DNA of 64,000 nt from Dehalococcoidia bacterium (GTDB lineage: Bacteria; Chloroflexota; Dehalococcoidia; Lucifugimonadales; JAGWBF01), in assembly GCA_965247295.1 (NCBI GenBank), contig CBDFGQ010000008.1:64080-128079 (forward strand). Direction: 5' to 3'. Of the stretch, positions 58,418 through 64,000 are shown piece by piece. The notes under the pieces were generated by a model that saw only the letters and a program-made list of their open reading frames with translations, did not search any database and was not told where the DNA came from. Position 1 is the first letter of the stretch. Every line of letters starts with the position of its first letter. The position numbers and the translations under genes were made by a program.

Positions 58418-58492
58418 TGGAGCCGGCGAGGGGATTCGAACCCTTGACCTGCGGTTTACGAAACCGCTGCTCTACCACTGAGCTACGCCGGC
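58418..58492 (-). tRNA. tRNA-Thr (anticodon CGU), CCA encoded
   Basis: Reverse complement GCCGGCG-TA-GCTC-AGTGGTA-GAGC-A-GCGGT-TTCGTAA-ACCGC-AGGTC-AAGGG-TTCGAAT-CCCCT-CGCCGGC-T-CCA. It folds as a full cloverleaf by hand. Confidence 0.9.
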
Positions 58493-58504
58493 ATCAAAGC
58501 TAAA

Positions 58505-59701
58505 TTAAGCCTTTTGCGGGTCTGATATCTCGGTCATGTAAATCTTTTGTAAATCTGACCCCATAAAATTCTCGAAACTTTCACCCCATTGCATTACAGC
58601 TTCCCTTTGGAGACCAGGCAGGACATGAGAGTAAAGGTCTCCAGTAATTCCTATCCCCGAGTGCCCCAGCCGCTCGCTAACTACCTTGAGGTGTATTCCT
58701 TCCGCCAGCATGAGGCTGGCATGGGTATGGCGTAGGTCATGGAAGCGTATCCTACCCTTGAGTCTAGCCTTTGCAGCCAGCTTGCCGAAGATATGAGAGA
58801 TGGAGTCTGGTAGAAGAGCCGATCCGTCCAGGCGGGAGAATACTAAGCTCTCGCGCAAGAGTGTCTGTCCGAGACGGAGGGCATCCGCCTCCCTTCTCTC
58901 CCTCACTCTCTTCAAGCAGGCTACTGCTCCCAAGGGTAAATGGATCACTCGGGGCCTACCAGACTTGGGGGGTGCCATAATCAACTCCCCGGTCCTGAGC
59001 TTCACTAGACTGCGGTTAACCGACAGGGTTCCCATCTCCATATCCACATCTTGCCATCTTAAGGCCAGCAGCTCCGAGCGCCTGAGCCCGGTGAGAAGAG
59101 CCATAAGGAACAAAGGATAATAGCTGCTGCTCTGGACTACCTCAAGGAACTTCCGTACTCCTTCCCAGTCCAGAGTCTGCGACTCCCTACGCTGTGGCCT
59201 GGGCGGCTCCACGGCCTCAGCCACGTTACGGCTCAGAGCACCCATCTTAACACCCCAGCGGAGGACCTGAAATATGATCCTGTGGCAGTGTAGAACTGTC
59301 TGAGCTGATAGGCCACGGCGAAGGCAGTCGGACTCGAAGGACTGGATATGCCGGGCCGCGAGCTTCTCAAGGGCGATGCTCCCCAGGGCAGGGATAATGT
59401 ATCGATCCAAGTTGCCCCGGTAACCCTCAAGGGTGCGCTGCCTGACGTGAGTCTCGGCGTAGTCCCTAAGCCACTGGCGCAGGAAGCTCTCTACTGTTTC
59501 CCTGGAGGGCTCTACGTAGGTGCCCGTGTCAAGTTGCCCCAGCAGTTCGGTAAGACGCTTCTGAGCGTCTCTTTTGGTGCCTCGGATCACCTCGGTCTTG
59601 TACCGCTTCTTACCTGAGTCCGGGTCCACTCCGAGATATAGGTAGACTGTCCAGGAGTCCTTGTACTTGCTGGAACGTTGGCGTATGTGTCCACGGGGCA
59701 T
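58505..59701 (-). CDS. tyrosine recombinase / phage-type integrase
   Basis: 398 aa. SAM-like N-domain (VESFLRQWLRDY), catalytic blocks LTGLRRSELLAL, HDLRHTHASLML and LGHSGIGITGDLYSHV. AGGAGG RBS. Confidence 0.9.
   Translation of the reverse strand: MPRGHIRQRSSKYKDSWTVYLYLGVDPDSGKKRYKTEVIRGTKRDAQKRLTELLGQLDTGTYVEPSRETVESFLRQWLRDYAETHVRQRTLEGYRGNLDRYIIPALGSIALEKLAARHIQSFESDCLRRGLSAQTVLHCHRIIFQVLRWGVKMGALSRNVAEAVEPPRPQRRESQTLDWEGVRKFLEVVQSSSYYPLFLMALLTGLRRSELLALRWQDVDMEMGTLSVNRSLVKLRTGELIMAPPKSGRPRVIHLPLGAVACLKRVRERREADALRLGQTLLRESLVFSRLDGSALLPDSISHIFGKLAAKARLKGRIRFHDLRHTHASLMLAEGIHLKVVSERLGHSGIGITGDLYSHVLPGLQREAVMQWGESFENFMGSDLQKIYMTEISDPQKA
58537..58556 (+). repeat. TGTAAATCT x2 doublet (candidate arm-type integrase-binding sites), inside the int 3' end
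   Basis: tgtaaatct-tt-tgtaaatct. The same doublet occurs in the same orientation at 63472-63492. Confidence 0.6.
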
Positions 59702-59724
59702 AAGTCTAACCTCCTTGCTGCCCG

Positions 59725-60084
59725 CTACTCCCAGCCCTCGTGGCGTGGAACGTTTCCTAGACGAACGTGAAACACCGGCTCGCCATACTCCCCTATGAAC
59801 GGGTTTCCCGTCACGGTGTAGGCATCTATCCCGGTATAGCTCCCCGTCTCAAACATCCTCTCCGCCCGCTCCCTGGCTGCTTCCTCGCTCACTACCGATA
59901 GCGGGTCTACTGGAGTGAGGACGCTCTTATTTCGATTGTTCTTCGTCCTGACCGGCATCATGCGGAACGGCTGGACGATGTGCTTTGTCAGCTCACCTAG
60001 AGGGGCAGCCTCGGAGGTGTCTTCATCGGGCAGCGGGGTTGACTCCCCGACGATCTTAGACTTCTTGTGTCTCCGTTTAGCCAT
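59725..60084 (-). CDS. hypothetical protein (island cargo)
   Basis: 119-aa ORF immediately upstream of int on the same strand. It has a basic N-terminus. I recognise no motif. Confidence 0.5.
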   Translation of the reverse strand: MAKRRHKKSKIVGESTPLPDEDTSEAAPLGELTKHIVQPFRMMPVRTKNNRNKSVLTPVDPLSVVSEEAARERAERMFETGSYTGIDAYTVTGNPFIGEYGEPVFHVRLGNVPRHEGWE

Positions 60085-60318
60085 TTGCTCAGCCTCGTAT
60101 GAGAATCCCTCTGTGTGGTCTTACAACGCCTCTTGAGTATACAGAACGTCAGTTCTCATTCGCTACTGGCTACTGTCACTCCGTCTCACCACAACCTCCC
60201 CTGCACTGGTCGCGGTGGTATGATAGAAAGCGAGGCCAGTGAAATGGGCTTGTCGGATCGGCTCCTTAAAGGGAATTGCATACTATGTCCACCCGGAGGA
60301 ACTGAGTGATGTCTTCAA

Positions 60319-60591
60319 CTAAAGATCAAAATCAGGACGGCTGTTCCAAGCCTCTACGTTTAGAGCAAGTTGAGCGTGCAGAAAACGAAAAGAGGCGATA
60401 TCTGATGGAGCTAAATGTCCGCTTCTTTGCAGGGGGCCCAACTCGTCTATCATTCGATTCAATATCCACTGAGAAGTCCGATCTTGTGCCGGAAGCCGAT
60501 TAAGTTCTGACAGGGCGCACCCCAGCGCCGTATACAAGGCTGCCAGTGCCCCAGCAGTAAAGTCTGGATGCATCATGCCTGACCCTTCCAA
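60319..60591 (-). CDS. hypothetical protein (island cargo)
   Basis: 90-aa ORF co-oriented with its neighbours. No motif recognised. Confidence 0.35.
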   Translation of the reverse strand: MEGSGMMHPDFTAGALAALYTALGCALSELNRLPAQDRTSQWILNRMIDELGPLQRSGHLAPSDIASFRFLHAQLALNVEAWNSRPDFDL

Positions 60592-60636
60592 CCTCTATCT
60601 GCGAGCCTGTGTCCTTCCGTCTCTCACTCCTAGCCC

Positions 60637-60705
60637 CTAAAACGTCCTCGCCGTCCACCGCACCTCGCCGATGATGTCGGTCCCGTAGGACATGTCAGTC
60701 ATCAT
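60637..60705 (-). pseudogene. remnant of a second S24-peptidase repressor gene (last ~20 codons)
   Basis: It encodes MMTDMSYGTDIIGEVRWTARTF*. The 39-nt block 60643-60681 matches the 3' end of the S24 gene (61250-61288, ...TEIIGEVRWAARTL*) with 2 mismatches. Confidence 0.6.
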
Positions 60706-60823
60706 TCACTCCTGGTATCACTGCGATGTAGACGCAACGGCAGACTGGGACACATCTGCTCTTTTCCTTGGGTACTCTACCCTCAGTCCAGGAGCCCACA
60801 CCACCTCCAAGCTCTCGGGTTTT

Positions 60824-61168
60824 CTATACCTCAGATGTGTCCCTTTCGCTGACGGCCTGCGCCCGTTTGTTCAACTCTGTCTGAGTAATAAACCAGACAG
60901 CAGGAGAGAAGACAAGCCACAGGATGAATATGACCCACCTGTTGATGCTTCCGTCCGTGAGAGCCTCTACTGCCTCACCTTGCTTATATTCAGCATATAA
61001 ATTGACGAAAGGGATGAGAGAAAGTAGAGTCCATAAACCAGGGCTGCCATCCAGACCTTTGTACTCGACCATCTCCTTTGAGGTGACATAGAACCAATAG
61101 ATGCCGTAGATACCCAAGGTAATTATCATCAGTAAAACCTGCATCCCCATGCTACGCTGCTTGATCAT
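60824..61168 (-). CDS. DUF4234-type small membrane protein
   Basis: 114 aa. TLGIYGIYWFY motif, two to three TM segments, AAGGAGAG RBS. Confidence 0.75.
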   Translation of the reverse strand: MIKQRSMGMQVLLMIITLGIYGIYWFYVTSKEMVEYKGLDGSPGLWTLLSLIPFVNLYAEYKQGEAVEALTDGSINRWVIFILWLVFSPAVWFITQTELNKRAQAVSERDTSEV

Positions 61169-61243
61169 GCTCTCTCCTTACCAAGTATCCTATCAATTCG
61201 CCCTATGGCGCGGGCCTTATTCATTGTCATAGCTTCTACTCCC

Positions 61244-61620
61244 CTATAGCGTCCTCGCCGCCCACCGCACCTCGCCGATGATCTCGGTGTCGTTGGCCCA
61301 GGGCACAGGCTCCCAATCTTCATTGTCACTCTCGATCCGCCAGTTCCCCTCTTCGTCTCTGCCCACCCGCTTGACCACCAGGCCGTCCTCGGTACGCATG
61401 ACGAAGATGCGCCCAGCCCTCCGCTGCCGCCGCCTCTGGCTACGGTCCACCAGGACCGAGCATCCGTTTGGAAGGGTTGGTTCCATCGAATTGCCGCGGA
61501 CGCTAATGACGTTGCACTGAGTGGGGTCAATGGCGTGGCGATCTAGCCAGTCATTGCGGAACCATAGGCGTCCAACCACCGTCTCGTCGTATACTTCCGC
61601 TCCACCTCCAGCCGCAGCAG
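61244..61620 (-). pseudogene. LexA/CI-like S24 peptidase repressor, C-terminal domain only (N-terminal DNA-binding part cut off by the IS3 element)
   Basis: GNSMEPTL (Ser) and LVVKRV (Lys) catalytic dyad. The frame stays open upstream (AAAGGGAEVYDETVV...) right up to the IS end at 61621. Confidence 0.75.
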
Positions 61621-61629
61621 TGTTGGGTG

Positions 61630-62649
61630 TCAGCGGTTTTGGACAGTTCTGGGTCCGAGAGATTGGGGTGAAGAAGCTCCTGGTTTGAGGGTTTCTCTGA
61701 CCTCCTGATTGTACCGCCTCCGCCGGTCAAAAGTCTCTCGCTGTACCTCCTTCCTCTGGGCTAGAATTGCCTCCAGACGGCCTTCCAGCACGTCAGCCGG
61801 AGTTACAACCCTGAGCGCCTGATGATATCTTCGGTAGTTGTAGAACTCGACGAAGTCCCGGATGGCCGCCTCCAGGTCTTCCACCACCTCGTATGGCACC
61901 TGGTTAATGTCGTCTTTGAGGGTTCGGTGATATCTCTCCAGCTTCCCGTTGGTCTGAGGGTGATAGGGTGCTGCCAGGACGTGGCGAATGCCCACCACCC
62001 GCATGTACTCGCGGAAGGCCCGCGATACATAACCTGAGCCATTATCTGAGAGGAGCTTGGTCCGATCCTCCAGAGGTACATCAGTCATACCAGTAGAGTC
62101 AACAGCTTGCTGGACCACCTCTATGAGGGAGTCGGCCGTCATGTCCCGTTGCACCTTCCAGGCCAAGATGAACCGGGAGTAGTCGTCCATCACCGTCACG
62201 AGGTAGTAGTAGCCCCATCCCACTACACGGAAGTAGGAGGCATCGGTGGCCCACAGCTGGTGGGGCCCTGTGGTCTTGTGCTGGTACTCTTTGCCCGCTG
62301 CCAACTGGTATTCGATCCGTTTCACCAGACCCTCCCGTCTCAGGATACGATAGACTGTGGAGGCGGAGACCGATAGGCCTCTGTGGTCGGTGAGCCAAGC
62401 CGCCAACTGCCGGCTTCGCCAGGTCGGCATCTCACGGGCTGCCGCCAGCACTACTGCCTCCTCTTCTAGTCGCAGGCGATTCCAGGGCCTCTCAGTTCCT
62501 TCCGTACCCTCCCAACTACCCTGCCGGTGCCTCCACCTCCACCAATAATACGTGCTCCTGGAAATGCCAAGCTCCCTGAGTCGCCTGTTCTTCCCTCTAC
62601 CATGTCGCTCCACCTCAGCCACGACCTTCGATTGTTCCACTACGCTCAT
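61630..62649 (-). CDS. IS3-family transposase OrfB (DDE integrase core)
   Basis: 339 aa. WATDASYF, DDYSRFILAW, LSDNGSGYVSRAF and HPQTNGKLERYHRTLK. Confidence 0.85.
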   Translation of the reverse strand: MSVVEQSKVVAEVERHGRGKNRRLRELGISRSTYYWWRWRHRQGSWEGTEGTERPWNRLRLEEEAVVLAAAREMPTWRSRQLAAWLTDHRGLSVSASTVYRILRREGLVKRIEYQLAAGKEYQHKTTGPHQLWATDASYFRVVGWGYYYLVTVMDDYSRFILAWKVQRDMTADSLIEVVQQAVDSTGMTDVPLEDRTKLLSDNGSGYVSRAFREYMRVVGIRHVLAAPYHPQTNGKLERYHRTLKDDINQVPYEVVEDLEAAIRDFVEFYNYRRYHQALRVVTPADVLEGRLEAILAQRKEVQRETFDRRRRYNQEVRETLKPGASSPQSLGPRTVQNR

Positions 62650-63047
62650 GCGCCGGTGCCGTTGTCGTGTAGGGGCGGCAGAGCTGTTTTTTTGAAGCGG
62701 TGCAACTCCAGGGACAACTCACCCACCAGCTGCTTCAGTTCACTGTTCTCCCGCTTGAGCTGCTCTATCTCTTGCCGGGTCGCATCACGCACACTGTCCC
62801 GAGTCAACCTCTCCTTCCCAGCTTCCATAAACCCCTTCGTCCAGGCGTAGTAGGAGTGGGGTTTGATTCCTTCCCGTCGGCACAGGTCATTAACGGTAGT
62901 CTCCCGTCTGAACCCCTCCAAGACGATGCGAATCTTCTCTTCAGGGGTATACTTACGGCGGGTCGCTGCACGGACCTGACGCACGAAGCTTCGTGTCTCC
63001 TGGCTTCGCTCCTCAGCTTGACTGGCCTGATCCCCTACCTGGGTCAT
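62646..63047 (-). CDS. IS3-family transposase OrfA (HTH)
   Basis: 133 aa. RKYTPEEKIRIVLEGFRRETTVNDLCRREGIKPHSYYAWTKGF. Its TGA overlaps the orfB ATG (ATGA). Confidence 0.85.
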   Translation of the reverse strand: MTQVGDQASQAEERSQETRSFVRQVRAATRRKYTPEEKIRIVLEGFRRETTVNDLCRREGIKPHSYYAWTKGFMEAGKERLTRDSVRDATRQEIEQLKRENSELKQLVGELSLELHRFKKTALPPLHDNGTGA

Positions 63048-63180
63048 CTATGACTCCTTTCACTTAGGGTTAATCTACCCCTCTGAAGGAGCCTCTACCA
63101 CCCCCAACCTCCTCGGTTTTCTAGGCCTCAATAGTGTCCAATTGCGCTGACACCCTACACTATGTAGGTTAGTCTTTCAC

Positions 63181-63459
63181 ATGACTACGATAGAAGAACG
63201 GGTAGCCTCCCTCGAGAATCTTTTCCAGCAGGGACGACAGGAACACAAGGACATCGCCGCCACACTGGAGAGGCTGGCAGCCCAGGTCTCCAAGCTTGAG
63301 GTCTACCTGGCCAACAGCAACGGTGGCCTGACGCTCTCGGTACGGGACAAACGGGTGAAGTTCGCCGGGTCTATGGCACTGCCCTGGTCGCTGACCCTGG
63401 TCGGTGGTGGCAGCGGTGGTGTAGGCTGGCTCCTGGGACGGGTGTTCGGGGCCTGGTAG
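63181..63459 (+). CDS. hypothetical small protein with an N-terminal coiled coil and a C-terminal TM segment
   Basis: 92 aa. ...ALPWSLTLVGGGSGGVGWLLGRVFGAW. No clear RBS. Confidence 0.35.
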   Translation: MTTIEERVASLENLFQQGRQEHKDIAATLERLAAQVSKLEVYLANSNGGLTLSVRDKRVKFAGSMALPWSLTLVGGGSGGVGWLLGRVFGAW

Positions 63460-63471
63460 TTCACGCAAACT

Positions 63472-63492
63472 TGTAAATCTATTTGTAAATCT
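63472..63492 (+). repeat. TGTAAATCT x2 doublet (second copy)
   Basis: tgtaaatct-att-tgtaaatct. Confidence 0.6.
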
Positions 63493-63589
63493 ACTCCGTT
63501 ACACCCTGTTTTACTTAACCCACTTTTAGCTTTGGAGAGGACGGGGCGGGGTATGCGGTTTGTAGCTAATTGCGCTCAGTTGTTCTACG

Positions 63590-63641
63590 GCTAACGGTTT
63601 TTGAGACCGCCGCGTCTACCATTCCGCTGAGCTACGCCGGC
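63590..63641 (-). pseudogene. tRNA-like 5' fragment (acceptor, D arm and anticodon arm only; no T arm or 3' acceptor strand)
   Basis: Reverse complement GCCGGCGTAGCTCAG-CGGAATGGTAGA-CGC-G-GCGGT-CTCAAAA-ACCGT... The first 15 nt are identical to tRNA-Thr and the anticodon stem is nearly identical. The loop reads CAA. Nothing downstream can form a T arm. Confidence 0.6.
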
Positions 63642-63753
63642 CCGCACCCGAATGGCGGGACAAGAGGTTAGCGAAACGGGTCTCCACGTTCAGGTTCGCC
63701 GAAGAGTATTTTATCACGGGCCACGCCGAAGGGGAAACGCCGCGGACCCACCC

Positions 63754-63799
63754 AAAAAACCGCCCCGGACCCTTCCTAGCATGGAATCCGGGGCGGTTT
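63754..63799 (-). terminator. intrinsic terminator of the minus-strand gene ending at 63822
   Basis: Stem AAACCGCCCCGGA / TCCGGGGCGGTTT. On the minus strand it is followed by TTTTTTGGG. Confidence 0.7.
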
Positions 63800-63821
63800 A
63801 TTCCAGATCGCTACGTGTACT

Positions 63822-64000
63822 CTACTTGATGTGCCCAGCCACCTCGACTACCAGGTTGGCCGCCGTGCTGATCCCGTGGTGTTGTGGGACCTTTAGCATG
63901 GCGTTTCTGTACTTGGGGTGCTTGGCGACGTAGTCCCTCACCTGCTCCATGGTGACGTTCTGCTCCTCTAGCACGTCCTTGATCTCCTGACGAGCCTTCA
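63822..64000 (-). CDS. hypothetical protein, C-terminal part only (N-terminus beyond the window edge)
   Basis: My own translation gives ...KARQEIKDVLEEQNVTMEQVRDYVAKHPKYRNAMLKVPQHHGISTAANLVVEVAGHIK*, followed by a terminator. It is not in the ORF track because it has no in-window start. Confidence 0.45.
   Translation of the reverse strand, partial: KARQEIKDVLEEQNVTMEQVRDYVAKHPKYRNAMLKVPQHHGISTAANLVVEVAGHIK

Larger units (their letters stand above)
61621..63159 (-). mobile_element. IS3-family insertion sequence (~1.54 kb)
   Basis: Terminal inverted repeats TGTTGGGTGTCAGCGGTTTTGGACA (61621-) and the reverse complement of ...TGTCCAATTGCGCTGACACCCTACA (-63159). orfA/orfB in a -1 arrangement with an A7 slippery run (TTCAAAAAAAC, plus-strand T run ~62686-62692). 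I found no direct target duplication. Confidence 0.8.
58493..63641. mobile_element. putative integrated element (~5.1 kb) abutting the 5' end of tRNA-Thr
   Basis: The integrase sits at the left edge and phage-like cargo follows (S24 repressor fragment, small ORFs). The region is AT-richer. The 15-nt CTGAGCTACGCCGGC at 58478-58492 is repeated at 63627-63641. Paired TGTAAATCT doublets lie just inside both ends. Confidence 0.55.

Noticed and set aside
63520-63641. A possible complete tRNA-Leu(CAA) gene or an intron-containing tRNA.
   Set aside because: Only the acceptor 5' strand, the D arm and the anticodon arm can be drawn. No GTTCGAATC-like T arm or complementary 3' acceptor strand exists within 150 nt. 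I treat it as an att-associated fragment.

Overview
High-GC bacterial window. My low-confidence guess, by inference only, is a monoderm Chloroflexota-like genome, because the ABC binding proteins are lipoproteins with long (V/I)EKEV tethers and the window has paralog-rich amidohydrolase and luciferase-like content. Gene density is high and there are no rRNA genes or CRISPR arrays. (1) 0-26 kb is an accessory-looking array of four ~516-aa amidohydrolase paralogs (P1-P4). They are interleaved with three family-5 (peptide/nickel type) ABC substrate-binding lipoproteins and two DppB/DppC-like permease pairs. No ABC ATPase gene is present. The array also holds a dppC 3' remnant, radC, two DUF1800 genes, an NHL propeller and an MBL-fold hydrolase. 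P3 and P4 share near-identical promoter, 5' and 3' blocks around a divergent central cassette, which is a mosaic or gene-conversion signature. (2) 26-39 kb is housekeeping: rsmI, metG, a polyprenyl synthase, lipA, gmk, aroA and tyrA. Two local lesions stand out here. One is a 25-nt insertion that frameshifts the lipA 3' end and is copied from the neighbouring gene. The other is an AT-richer CAP/SCP-domain lipoprotein gene broken by a ~207-bp tandem duplication. (3) 41-47.6 kb is a giant subtilase (I9 propeptide, S8, BNR/Asp-box propeller, dockerin-like tail) cleanly interrupted by a 178-bp MITE. The MITE termini match the full-length IS5-like element at 56.9-58.3 kb. (4) 48.5-56 kb is a catabolic-looking cluster: a fused hydantoinase/oxoprolinase A+B, a SelA-like PLP enzyme, a luciferase-like monooxygenase and a cyclase/formamidase. 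(5) 56.7-63.6 kb is a tRNA-Thr(CGU) hotspot. An integrase remnant, disrupted near its 3' end by the IS5-like element, lies on the tRNA 3' side. On the tRNA 5' side is a ~5.1-kb integrase-bearing island containing DUF4234, an S24 repressor truncated by an IS3-family element, and a second S24 remnant. The island is bounded by a 15-nt repeat of the tRNA 5' end. I found no convincing self-contained novel defence or toxin system. The most interesting signals are the mobile-element footprints and the modular amidohydrolase/transporter array.
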